Below, piece by piece: positions 28,495-37,643 of a DNA stretch of 64,000 bases. The notes beneath the pieces were generated by a model. It was not told the origin of the DNA. It made no database searches and saw only the letters and a list, made by a program, of their open reading frames with translations. The stretch is from Candidatus Terrybacteria bacterium RIFCSPHIGHO2_01_FULL_43_35 (GTDB lineage: Bacteria; Patescibacteriota; Minisyncoccia; Terrybacterales; GWB1-40-14). The DNA lies in assembly GCA_001822815.1 (NCBI GenBank), contig MHSR01000013.1, forward strand, positions 85,093 through 149,092. The letters run 5' to 3'. The position numbers and the translations under genes are program-made. The stretch's first letter is position 1, and the number at the start of each line of letters is the position of its first letter.

Positions 28495-30306
28495 TTAACT
28501 GTTTGGGCTACGGCTTTGTTTTAACGCCACCAACTGCTCCGGATCCGATGTTATTATCTTATCTTCGGTATATGAAGCCACTACTTTTATGGCCACATGT
28601 TTCAAGCCGGCGAAAAACAGCCCCTCCCCCACCGCGGCTTCCAATAGAAGATATTTTTCTTCATCCGTCAGGTTAAAGGCTTGTTTTACCGCCTCAATTG
28701 TCGCGGGAGATTGTTTGAACAATATTTGCAGAGAGGAATTGGTAATTAAAGGCTGGCCGTATTTTGAATTCAGGAAATCGTTGACGTCCTGCGTTATTGT
28801 GGACAGGCCCAAGTAATATTTGCGCGCTCGCTTGGCTATGGAATAAAGGAAAGATCCGCCGTCTTCATGTTGCATTACCCACCAGGCCTCATCCACAACC
28901 AGCATGCGTTTCTTTAGAGATCCGCGCACCACGTTCCATATATGGTGCAAAATCATGTACATGGCTATAGGCCTTAAAGAATCCTCAAGATCGCGGATGT
29001 TGAAGACCACAAGATTATTGTTCAAATCGAGATTTGAAGGTTGATCAACGAACCCGGCGCTCGTGCCTTCAGTGAATTTTTTTAGCCGCGCGGCTAATTC
29101 GTCTCCGCCAACCAAACTTTCCAATACGGTAATGAAATCCTTTAAAACCGGTGGGTTAATGTTTTTAAAATCGCTCTCCGGAGTTATGTTGCGTGAGGCG
29201 TATGTTTCTTCCACTGCCGTGTCCATCAAGGCTTCTTGAGTTTCGTTTATGGTCCCAAGCATTATTCTTAGCAAGCCCGTAAGCTCAAGAAGATGCGAGC
29301 GGAAAATATCGGCTTGGGATTCGCCCTCAACAACCCGCGGCAAATCAAAGGGATTAATTTTATTCTGGCTGGTCAAAGAAATTTTAAAATAACTTCCGCC
29401 CACGGCCTCGGCTAAGCGTTCATACTCGTTTTCGGGATCAATAATAATTACGTCAACGCCCACCATAAGCGAGCGCAATATTTCTAGTTTCATGGCATAG
29501 GATTTTCCTCCGCCAGATTGGCCAAATATCACTGTATTGGCATTGGGCAGACTGAAACGATCAAAAATAACCAGAGAATTGTTATGCCGGTTAACGCCAT
29601 ACATTATCCCCTTATCCGTCGTTAAATCAAAAGAAACAAAAGGGAAAATTGTCGCCAGCGATTCAGAATCCAGGTTGTTTGTAATATTCAACCAATCCTC
29701 GTTGTAAGGGAATGCCGATTTTAAGGCCTCGCTCTGTTGAAATACGGCTGGCTTGGCATAAACCAATTTTCCTTCCAGGAGAGACCTTAAGACCGTTTCC
29801 TGTTTATCAAGCTCTTCGGGTGTTTTGCTCCACACTGTTATATAAAGCGAGAACTGAAAAAGATGACTTGAGGCTTGTTGTAATTTGTCCCTTAATTCTT
29901 CAACGTCTTCATAAGCCGTTTCCAGTATTGGATCACGCACGAGACCTTTTTCCTCTTCTATGGCTATCTGTGATTCTACCTCAGCAACTTTTTTGCGCAG
30001 TTTTTTAAGTATCATTCCGGTATCAATAGGATGTATGTGCATAGAAATATCCATGACCGCATCCATGTTTATTATCGGCGCAAACCAGTTAGTGGATAGA
30101 TACCGGGGATAGGTGAATATAAAAAACGTCCGGCAGTAGCGCTCCCCTACCTTAATAAAATTCTGACCAAATTCCAGAGCCGCTGGCGCCACCAGATCTT
30201 TTAGGGTGGTAATGCCGCGGGCAAAAACCTGACCGGCCTCGGCGAGAATGCGCTCGGTTTCTTGAGAAGACGGCGTTTTTTGTTTTTTAGAAGATAAAAT
30301 AGACAT
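28495..30306 (-). CDS. virB4: VirB4/TrbE-family T4SS ATPase, C-terminal roughly 600-aa fragment (ATPase domain)
   Basis: Walker A VIFGQSGGGKSY and Walker B VVDEAWWVM. The N-terminus (LKDLVAPAALEFGQNFIKVGERYCRTF...) continues the VirB4 fold after the N-domain encoded separately at 30701-31363. Confidence 0.85.
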   Translation of the reverse strand: MSILSSKKQKTPSSQETERILAEAGQVFARGITTLKDLVAPAALEFGQNFIKVGERYCRTFFIFTYPRYLSTNWFAPIINMDAVMDISMHIHPIDTGMILKKLRKKVAEVESQIAIEEEKGLVRDPILETAYEDVEELRDKLQQASSHLFQFSLYITVWSKTPEELDKQETVLRSLLEGKLVYAKPAVFQQSEALKSAFPYNEDWLNITNNLDSESLATIFPFVSFDLTTDKGIMYGVNRHNNSLVIFDRFSLPNANTVIFGQSGGGKSYAMKLEILRSLMVGVDVIIIDPENEYERLAEAVGGSYFKISLTSQNKINPFDLPRVVEGESQADIFRSHLLELTGLLRIMLGTINETQEALMDTAVEETYASRNITPESDFKNINPPVLKDFITVLESLVGGDELAARLKKFTEGTSAGFVDQPSNLDLNNNLVVFNIRDLEDSLRPIAMYMILHHIWNVVRGSLKKRMLVVDEAWWVMQHEDGGSFLYSIAKRARKYYLGLSTITQDVNDFLNSKYGQPLITNSSLQILFKQSPATIEAVKQAFNLTDEEKYLLLEAAVGEGLFFAGLKHVAIKVVASYTEDKIITSDPEQLVALKQSRSPNS

Positions 30307-30700
30307 TTAGCTAAAATTTCTAATTACTAATTTCTAATTGACCTAAGCAACTCTCAAGATACAAGATACAATAACCAGACAAATCACAATAATCAAAAGT
30401 TCAAATTCCAAAGCTCATCCTTCGACTCTACTCAGGATGACCCTGAACGGAAACGAATGGGTCAAATGACAATTCATGGATTCGACTTCGCTCACCATGA
30501 CCCTGAGTAGAGTCGAACGGGTCAATGCTTAAAATTCAAAGGCTTAAAACCGTTTTTGTGCCTTAGTCATTTAGGCTTGAATTGAAATTTAGATTTTGGC
30601 ATTTGGGTATTGTCTGTATCTTGGGTCTTGGTTATTCGCAACATTTTTGTCATTAGACATAGGGATTTGATTAGAAATTAAGAATTAGAAATTAGACATT
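30307..30700. mobile_element. Family-A MITE-like palindromic element (394 bp) inserted between the two halves of virB4
   Basis: Terminal inverted repeats AAATTTCTAATTACTAATTTCTAATTGACCTAAG (30314-30347) and its reverse complement at 30664-30700. Internal sub-palindromes are present (TCGACTCTACTCAGG / CCTGAGTAGAGTCGA). Related copies lie at 37451, 45858 and 56991. AT-rich, no ORF. Confidence 0.6.
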
Positions 30701-31363
30701 TTAAGCTTCTGCATTCAATGCGGCCATATCGGGTACTCCGCCAGTCTCTTCCTTCTCTGGATTATACAGGCCCCAAATTAGTTCTATTAGTTCTTCGGTG
30801 GTAAGCATGGTTGACCTAGAGCCCAAACCGCGCAAGCCTTGTTCAACAAATTCTACCCGTTGCACAAGTTGATTGCGAAACTCGTGGAATTTTGCGGCAT
30901 CTATAAAAAACTCTTTTCTGGACGCGGGCAGTAAGGTGGATTTAATACTGCCCAAGGGGCCGGTGTCTTTGGCCGCCGCGGCTTCAAGCGCAAAGGGCAC
31001 TATAACATAATAGGTTTTAGACATTATGGATACGGTTTCCACAAAAGAGCGTATGAATTCAATATATTCTTGGGTTTGGATCTTTAAGAGTTCATTTTCT
31101 TGGGCGGCCTCTAACTGCGAAAGAGTTGATAAATAGCCGGATATATTTAGGCGGCGCGAATGGACAAAAATCTGTAGATTAAAGTCCAGTGAGTTTAGAA
31201 AATTCTGGAAACCGTATATTATAGCCTCCTGTTCGTCTTGAGACTTCAGGCCAAAATTGGTTGCCGAAACCATTAAAATGGCTCGCAAAGAGCCGTCTTT
31301 TAACACAATGACATCGTCGCGTATTTGTTCAAATTGTAGGAAAGATTGAGTGGAAGAAGGCAT
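30701..31363 (-). CDS. virB4: VirB4 N-terminal domain encoded as a separate ORF
   Basis: FEQIRDDVIVLKDGSLRAILMVSATNFGLKSQDEQEAIIYGFQNFLNSLDFNLQIFVHSRR aligns position by position with the N-domain of A. tumefaciens VirB4 (...DHIVLLEDGSIMSIARIDGVAFELEEIEMRN...). 220 + 603 aa approximates one full-length VirB4. Confidence 0.7.
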   Translation of the reverse strand: MPSSTQSFLQFEQIRDDVIVLKDGSLRAILMVSATNFGLKSQDEQEAIIYGFQNFLNSLDFNLQIFVHSRRLNISGYLSTLSQLEAAQENELLKIQTQEYIEFIRSFVETVSIMSKTYYVIVPFALEAAAAKDTGPLGSIKSTLLPASRKEFFIDAAKFHEFRNQLVQRVEFVEQGLRGLGSRSTMLTTEELIELIWGLYNPEKEETGGVPDMAALNAEA

Positions 31364-31395
31364 ATGCCGTCGTTGCCCGCGAGCTCGCTCGCGGT

Positions 31396-31453
31396 TGCAA
31401 CGACGTGCATCCTAAGGAGCGAAGCGACGAGGGACTACCTTAATAAAAAATTC
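31396..31453 (-). repeat. 58-bp leader repeat, copy 1 (upstream of the VirB4-N gene)
   Basis: TGCAACGACGTGCATCCTAAGGAGCGAAGCGACGAGGGACTACCTTAATAAAAAATTC, versus copy 2 at 31926-31983 with 6 mismatches. An adjacent 38-bp hairpin (31368-31405) reaches to 5 nt from the start codon. Confidence 0.6.
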
Positions 31454-31479
31454 AAGTTTTTAGTTTTAATTTTAAAATT

Positions 31480-31899
31480 TTAGGATTTACGTACTTGAGT
31501 ATCTACATCTAGCGCCGTGGCCAACTCCTTTATTTTCTGCACGGTGAGTCCTTCGCCGCCAGCCCGCCTAGATGCGTCAAAAGGAGACTTTTTGTGTTCA
31601 CGTATCTTTATTCGCGGATTTTCTTTGTGCCATATATAGTTTTTTGGATTTACGGCAAATTTCAGCGCGGCAAATAAAAAAGTTCCGAAAGACCGCTCGT
31701 TGATTTTCACGAAAGCGAAGCAAACGCCAGCAACGACGCAAAAGAAAGCCAGCATTTTCCCAACAGGATTTTTTAACAAAACAAATAACAAAGCGGCAGA
31801 AATACCGGCCGTGCCCAAATCAATAGCCTGCCATAATGTCAGACCAGCCACAACCTTATCCTGCACGTCAATAAATTTTGGAACTTTAGCTTGCGCCAT
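31480..31899 (-). CDS. VirB3/PrgI-like small two-TM protein
   Basis: 139 aa with an N-terminal KVPKFIDVQDKVVAGLTLWQAI motif, then two TM helices. Sits directly upstream of virB4 (canonical VirB3-VirB4 order). Confidence 0.5.
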   Translation of the reverse strand: MAQAKVPKFIDVQDKVVAGLTLWQAIDLGTAGISAALLFVLLKNPVGKMLAFFCVVAGVCFAFVKINERSFGTFLFAALKFAVNPKNYIWHKENPRIKIREHKKSPFDASRRAGGEGLTVQKIKELATALDVDTQVRKS

Positions 31900-31925
31900 G
31901 GTTGCTCCCGAGCAACGCGAGGGAA

Positions 31926-31983
31926 TGCAACCATGTGCATCCCGAGGAGCGAAGCGACGAGGGACTACCTTAATAAAAAATTC
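31926..31983 (-). repeat. 58-bp leader repeat, copy 2 (upstream of the VirB3-like gene)
   Basis: TGCAACCATGTGCATCCCGAGGAGCGAAGCGACGAGGGACTACCTTAATAAAAAATTC. A CATGGTTGC...GCAACCATG hairpin (31897-31935) includes the start codon. Confidence 0.6.
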
Positions 31984-32651
31984 TATAAGCTCGGCTTGTT
32001 GCCCACATCTTTCAGATTAACCGTATTACCTTCTAACTGCGGTCCGGAGTTGTCAATTTGGGGAGGCGCGGGGGGCGTTAGAGTAACGTGCGGCACATCG
32101 GGCTGTGGAGAATAAAAGCTTTTTGTTGGGGGCGGTGCGCCGCTTATTTGTTCCGTGGGCGGCGATGATGGCTTCGTGTAAAGAGCGTCTATTGATGCGT
32201 TTGGCATTGGCGGCAACGGCACACCCGCAGGCCGTGTTGATGGTGGTGGGAGCGGAGGCGACACTGGCGCGGGTTTTGTTTGTTGGGTCCGCGCCTCAAC
32301 CGATGTTTTTTGAACTGACGACGCGCCTGACGAAGTTATGCCATATAAAGAGATCAACTCTGATTTTACCGGTTGGAAAACCGCGGACGATATCTCTAAA
32401 GCCAAGGCTTTAGCCATTTCAATATTAAGATGTTCGGTTTCAACTATATTTCTTACCAAAAGATTTGGATGCAGTTCGCCAAGTAATACCATGCCCACAA
32501 GTCCGGAATATACGTAAACACGTTCTTCAACACCATGCCTTTGACACGCCGCGTAAATATCGTCGCCGGTTTTTGGAGCAAGCAAAATATCTTTGACCCG
32601 TTTGGGCAAGCGATGATATAACAATTGAAATGATGTGGTTGAAGTTTCCAT
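31983..32651 (-). CDS. Hypothetical protein with a globular N-domain and a proline-rich tail
   Basis: The C-terminal half is PAPVSPPLPPPSTRPAGVPLPPMP...PPAPPQ low complexity. No recognizable domain. Confidence 0.5.
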   Translation of the reverse strand: METSTTSFQLLYHRLPKRVKDILLAPKTGDDIYAACQRHGVEERVYVYSGLVGMVLLGELHPNLLVRNIVETEHLNIEMAKALALEISSAVFQPVKSELISLYGITSSGASSVQKTSVEARTQQTKPAPVSPPLPPPSTRPAGVPLPPMPNASIDALYTKPSSPPTEQISGAPPPTKSFYSPQPDVPHVTLTPPAPPQIDNSGPQLEGNTVNLKDVGNKPSL

Positions 32652-32656
32652 AATTT

Positions 32657-34702
32657 TTATTTATTCTCTTCTTCCTGCCGTTTTGTCAGTCTTTCTAAAT
32701 GGTCAGCGGCCTCATTCGGCGTTCTGAGCTGTTTTACGGGTCCAGCTTTTACGGCCTCAACTATTCTGCCGCCAACTTTATTGAGTTGCGACTGCAATAA
32801 TTGCGTATCAAAACCGGCTCCGGCTATGGCGGGATTCCTAACTAGATAGTCAAATGTTGGCGCATTGGCTTTGTAGGCTCTGGCCAGGTATTCCTCGTTC
32901 TCTGAAAGCTTTTTTATGGCAGCGATTAGTTGTGGTGTAGCATGTCCTGCATCCACCATTTGGCCGATTCCATTGCCAGTTATTCTGGTCATTAACACCT
33001 CAGCAAATTCAGAAGCCCCAGTGATATTACCGGCTGCGTCTTTTTCAATGAGCGCATTTCCTGGGATTTGCCTTGCGTTAGCAGGAGCGGCCAGGTTATA
33101 ACTGCCAGGACGAGCCTCCATCATCTTTTCATAGGCGACCATGCGACTCTTTTTATCTGTGGTATCAACTCCATAAAACGGACTTGTTCTATCCTTACTT
33201 AAGAGTTCTAAAGCCAAAGCTGGGTTTGCCCCCACAATAGAGCCTTCTTTTCCAATCTTCCTCAGATAACCGAACGAATTCGTAAAGTCGTCACCCCTTA
33301 AGGGTCTTTTTTCGGCTAAGGCAATTAAGGCACCGGCTTTTTCGCGTCGGTCCGTCATACTGCTTAAGCGATTCTCGATACTCTGAACAGCGCGAGGTCC
33401 AAGAGAAGCCTCTTTTCTGTATTTTTCCGCATGTTCTCCCACGGCCGCTTCATCGGCTCGCATGCCGCCGCGCAATGGAGCAGAAATCGCTCCTCCAAAA
33501 ACCGGGATGCGCTCAATGCGTCCAGCGACGCCAGACCTTAGGCCATAAGTTCTATCCTTAATTTCTCTTCCCACTCCCCTACGCACAGCTCTTGCGCCGG
33601 CAATGGTCGGAGCGGCTACGAGGCCCGTGACCAAGCCTGCGGCAACTCCTCCGGCTTGGCCAGACATCTTTTTTGAAATAGCCATGCCTTGCGATAAGAA
33701 AATAAAGACCGTGATAAACTGCAATATATTTTTACCCACAAGCAGAAGCGGAGTTATGGCTTCATTGGTTAGGGTGTAATTGGTTGCGGCAACAAATATT
33801 TTGGTGTCGGGATCGTTCAGATAAGATACCAGCCATGTTGTAAGCCAAATAAAGAACGTGCCGAATACGCCAAACAGTGACCAGGTAATCAATTGATTCA
33901 TCCAATCTTGGAAGAAGCCCTTAGTTCTAGGCAGGACAAGTGAGATCATGGCTAAGGGCGAAACTATAAGAATGGTCCACAAGATGACAATGCGCATCAC
34001 AAAAAGTATGGCCAAAAACAATAGCAGGAAAAAGGTTGCGGCCGCAAATACTATTGAGAACATCAGGTTTGCTACTTTCAGCCAAGTGCCGGGTATCTGC
34101 GCCCCGGAAGGCGTATTTATTTGTAAATCCCCTACCCGCAAAGCGCTGGCCAATACCTCGCCGATGTTCTTGTTGGTGCCAAAGCCGTTGGCAATGAAAA
34201 AGCCCATGATGACGTTAGCGAAGTTTATAACCATCGCGCCCAAAAACAAACTGAAGTTTACCAATATGGCGGCTATCAGGAACTGCGGCATCAGCTTCCT
34301 TAAATTATAGTCCGGAAGACCAAGTATAGTGCCGAAAGCGATCACAACCAAAATAAACGCAAAAAACATGTTCACTAAATCTCTAACCACGCCCCAGCCA
34401 GTGCGCACCATGTCGTTGTCAAAGTAGCCCATGTAGCGGTTAACATCTACAACCACGAAAGTTAGCAGAGCGCCCGCAAGTGTTACAAACCAAATAAATA
34501 TTTCCAATATTAATCCTAAAATGAAAGCGATTATCTGGCCTATTAAATCGCAAAGGTCAACGCCGATAGGGCCTACGCCAATAAAACATTGGGCAGAAGC
34601 CGCTTGAGGGGCCAAAACACCGCCGGCAATAACCAAAATCAACAACATTACTGCCATTTTGCCCCTATTAAATTTTATTTTTTTAAATGACGTTGAGTGC
34701 AT
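32657..34702 (-). CDS. VirB6/TrbL-like polytopic membrane protein with a large C-terminal soluble domain
   Basis: Signal/TM, then at least six TM helices over about 350 aa, then a roughly 300-aa hydrophilic domain. Position relative to VirB3/VirB4 fits VirB6. Confidence 0.55.
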   Translation of the reverse strand: MHSTSFKKIKFNRGKMAVMLLILVIAGGVLAPQAASAQCFIGVGPIGVDLCDLIGQIIAFILGLILEIFIWFVTLAGALLTFVVVDVNRYMGYFDNDMVRTGWGVVRDLVNMFFAFILVVIAFGTILGLPDYNLRKLMPQFLIAAILVNFSLFLGAMVINFANVIMGFFIANGFGTNKNIGEVLASALRVGDLQINTPSGAQIPGTWLKVANLMFSIVFAAATFFLLLFLAILFVMRIVILWTILIVSPLAMISLVLPRTKGFFQDWMNQLITWSLFGVFGTFFIWLTTWLVSYLNDPDTKIFVAATNYTLTNEAITPLLLVGKNILQFITVFIFLSQGMAISKKMSGQAGGVAAGLVTGLVAAPTIAGARAVRRGVGREIKDRTYGLRSGVAGRIERIPVFGGAISAPLRGGMRADEAAVGEHAEKYRKEASLGPRAVQSIENRLSSMTDRREKAGALIALAEKRPLRGDDFTNSFGYLRKIGKEGSIVGANPALALELLSKDRTSPFYGVDTTDKKSRMVAYEKMMEARPGSYNLAAPANARQIPGNALIEKDAAGNITGASEFAEVLMTRITGNGIGQMVDAGHATPQLIAAIKKLSENEEYLARAYKANAPTFDYLVRNPAIAGAGFDTQLLQSQLNKVGGRIVEAVKAGPVKQLRTPNEAADHLERLTKRQEEENK

Positions 34703-34706
34703 ATTT

Positions 34707-36623
34707 TTATCGACAGGCGCTTATATCAAAAGGATTAAAGATGCCTGTATCGGTAGCCTTTTGGATCATCCAAATTTTAATCACACATTGCCAGTCGGAA
34801 ATATTTGGATAATAAGTACTCGGATTGTTTATATCGTATCTTTTCGACTCATATAGTTCCAAAACTCTGTCAAACCAATCATTGGTAGAGAAATCCACAC
34901 CAATTTTGGGGTCGCCCAAATTATCATAAACATCTCTTCTCGGCCTGGTTGGAGCAAAATAATTGTAATCTTGAAGTTTATAATTATAACCCAGAGAAAC
35001 GGTCGGACTATCATCTTCAAAGGGAGCCGGCAGACCAGATCCGACACGATCTTCAACCGGGGCGGTACTTGCGGCGTCTGGCGAAATTAATCGTTGATCT
35101 GGAGCAGAACGGAATTTAGCACTCGGTTTTAACCATGCGTCTATTAGTGTGCAGAAATTTGTTCCGTCAGGGTTGGTGTTGCAAACACCCCGCGTGTTAT
35201 TTGCATTAGCGGGATTGGTTTCGCCGCTATTGCTGGCAACTCGATATCTGTCCAAGATTGTTTTTGGTGTGCCTTGTGGTTCGGCTTGAGGATCCAAATA
35301 AACAAAACCCTGTCCAGCCAGATCAAATTGCGCCTGTGTGGCCGCCTGCATTTTTTGCAGCAAAATTACCGCCGGAGAAATAACATACTCTGTATTCATA
35401 GCAAAGGAATTTGTATTCCAAAAGAACAGTCCAGGATCAACAGATCCTTGAGTGTCTGTGACGTAGAGATATTCTGGACGGAGTCCCTGTCCGGCAAGAT
35501 ACTCCAATTGCCGTACTTGTTTGGCTTCGTTTACAATTCTGTCTATCTGCGTCTTTGCTCCTTCACGCACGCTTTCCAAAGAATTTGCCGGCAGGGTCAT
35601 TTTTTGTAGCTCTTCAAAGCGGACGTCGTTTCTATTTACCAAGCTTTTATCAAGCGTCGGCAAGTTCATTAGCTGGCGTATAAGGATTTGTCCTTGTGCA
35701 GAGTTTATGTCTATGTCGTGGAGCTCTACATCCTTGGTCGCTGTTTCGATATTTTCTCCGCGAGTTATTTCAAATACGCGTTCGCAAATTGGCTTGACAC
35801 GATTAAAATTTTGGTCATCAAAAAGGCCGGCTATAAAAGGATCTTCGTTTTCTATTCCACTGCCATATTGATACCAATGACCATAGTGGTTCAATACGCC
35901 CAGTTCCTTTTTAAGATTTCTTAAATTTTCTATGCTTTCTGATGTTGAGTAAGGATTCTTTACTGCATAAGTACTTTTAGGATCGGCGCCATTGTTGCCA
36001 AACAAAAAGTCTTGTTGATCCCATATCAAATAGTTTATGTAGCAAGCCGCAAAAGCCCGCCCCCTGTTTACCGGCTCACCAAAAATGAACTCAAACGGAT
36101 CGTGTATTATTCGAGGCCCTTTTAGCGGTGATATCGTGGGGGCCGCGCCATTGCTTCCTGCGCCCTCGGCACCAGCAAGTTTTTTATCGGCAATGTCATA
36201 AGCCAAACCAAAATCTTGCAATTCCTTTAGCGACTCTTGATAAAGTTTGTTCACGTCTTCGCGCGCTTTCTCAATTTTGGTTAGCTCAAAAGAAGCGGTA
36301 AAGTCTTCTTGGCGGTTGGCCAAGGTATTAAAAAGGTCGGCCATGAAACTTTCAAGGCTTGTTTCAAATTTTGTTCCGGCATCCTGATTTACCACGTAAA
36401 CTGGAACAGCGGCGAGAGCAGGTCCCACACTTTCAAAAATAAAAATAAATATAAGCGTGGATAAGCCAAAAACACGCGTCAGGCGCGCAAGAATTTTATG
36501 GACTGCAGATTTTTTCATGGGAACTGATTGGCGCGCAGAAATATTTTTCTGCGCGGCTCTGGAAATAAAAATTAAATTTATTTCTGCGAGACAGAGCAGC
36601 GGAGAAAAATTTGCCACCAACAT
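34707..36623 (-). CDS. Large secreted or surface protein of the T4SS-like operon, no recognizable domain
   Basis: A signal peptide begins at the internal Met (MKKSAVHK..., about 36518). Several Cys near the C-terminus. Confidence 0.5.
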   Translation of the reverse strand: MLVANFSPLLCLAEINLIFISRAAQKNISARQSVPMKKSAVHKILARLTRVFGLSTLIFIFIFESVGPALAAVPVYVVNQDAGTKFETSLESFMADLFNTLANRQEDFTASFELTKIEKAREDVNKLYQESLKELQDFGLAYDIADKKLAGAEGAGSNGAAPTISPLKGPRIIHDPFEFIFGEPVNRGRAFAACYINYLIWDQQDFLFGNNGADPKSTYAVKNPYSTSESIENLRNLKKELGVLNHYGHWYQYGSGIENEDPFIAGLFDDQNFNRVKPICERVFEITRGENIETATKDVELHDIDINSAQGQILIRQLMNLPTLDKSLVNRNDVRFEELQKMTLPANSLESVREGAKTQIDRIVNEAKQVRQLEYLAGQGLRPEYLYVTDTQGSVDPGLFFWNTNSFAMNTEYVISPAVILLQKMQAATQAQFDLAGQGFVYLDPQAEPQGTPKTILDRYRVASNSGETNPANANNTRGVCNTNPDGTNFCTLIDAWLKPSAKFRSAPDQRLISPDAASTAPVEDRVGSGLPAPFEDDSPTVSLGYNYKLQDYNYFAPTRPRRDVYDNLGDPKIGVDFSTNDWFDRVLELYESKRYDINNPSTYYPNISDWQCVIKIWMIQKATDTGIFNPFDISACR

Positions 36624-36631
36624 CCAAGATT

Positions 36632-37399
36632 TTACGGAAGAACATCCGGTGGCAGATAGAAATTATACGTGTTTTCAAGGTTCTTGATTTCCGCAATGAT
36701 ACCCTCGGATTCCACGGCTATTTTTGAGTGTTCACCAGAATTCCATAAATTCAGCACATCTTCTGAATTTGAACCGGCGATATTTTTTAAGAACAAAATA
36801 TATTGCTTAATAAGCGCGAGGCTGTGTTCGTGAACTGCGGCGGCCTGCGAAGGAGGCGTTATGGCGCGGAGGGCTTGCAGTTGTCTTTCGTATTCGGAGA
36901 TAACTTCATTTAACGCCTCTTTTTGGCCCTTGGCCGCAAGGGCCAACGCTATTTTTATGGTGTCGGGATTATTGCCGCCAAAATCTATGGCCGAAGAGGC
37001 AACGAAGTATTCATAAAGTGAGCGAGCCGGTTCAGTTTTAGGTATCGGACTTTGAGTTTGCGGTTCCTGGTCGCCGGTTTGGGCCGTACCGTTCAGTATA
37101 GCGTCATCACTTTTGTTTAGGGCGTCCAGAAGGCCAGCCATAAAAGGTCTATATGTTCCCGGTATCGTGTTTTGTGGGTGCGTAGCGTTTTGGTTTGGCG
37201 CGTCAAACACCGATGTCAAAAAACTTGAAATAGACAAACCACCTTTCGGCTTCATTATAACACCGCTAGGATTTTTTGCTGATGTGGATAAGTGGCTTAT
37301 GGGAAAACTATTTCCAAAAGCAAAAAATCCCGCAAGCAACGGGATAGTTATAACCAGCAGGAGCTTGAGAAACCGATATAAAAAGACGCCTTTTAGCAT
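36632..37399 (-). CDS. Secreted/anchored protein, paralog 1 of a three-gene tandem family
   Basis: N-terminal TM. The C-domain (ALALAAKGQKEALNEVISEYERQLQAL...) resembles the C-domains of the proteins at 37644 and 38792. Confidence 0.5.
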   Translation of the reverse strand: MLKGVFLYRFLKLLLVITIPLLAGFFAFGNSFPISHLSTSAKNPSGVIMKPKGGLSISSFLTSVFDAPNQNATHPQNTIPGTYRPFMAGLLDALNKSDDAILNGTAQTGDQEPQTQSPIPKTEPARSLYEYFVASSAIDFGGNNPDTIKIALALAAKGQKEALNEVISEYERQLQALRAITPPSQAAAVHEHSLALIKQYILFLKNIAGSNSEDVLNLWNSGEHSKIAVESEGIIAEIKNLENTYNFYLPPDVLP

Positions 37400-37450
37400 A
37401 TTAAGTACTTAGCGAAAAGCGTAAAGCGCAAAACGTAAAATGCGGTTTCA

Positions 37451-37581
37451 AATTGACCTAATTACTCTAATTGATCTAAACAACGTCTAATGCCAAAATT
37501 TCTAAACGCGCATTTTGGTCATTGGTGCTTGGATATTGGGGCTTGCTTAGGTCAATTAGAAATTAGAATAATTAGAAATTT
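37451..37581. repeat. Family-A short palindromic element (TIRs only)
   Basis: AATTGACCTAATTACTCTAATTGATC ... GCTTAGGTCAATTAGAAATTAGAATAATTAGAAATTT. The right arm is the reverse complement of the left TIR at 30314-30350. Confidence 0.5.
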
Positions 37582-37643
37582 ACAGCGGTTTTTAACTTTA
37601 CACTGTTATTTTACGTCTTTCGCTTTAAATTTTACATTTATTG

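Noticed and set aside
31700-32413. Several plus-strand ORFs (106, 74 and 102 aa) across the VirB3-like and Pro-rich protein genes
   Set aside because: They are antisense to co-directional operon genes that have RBSs. Their Ala/Arg-rich translations reflect GC-rich codon third positions on the opposite strand.
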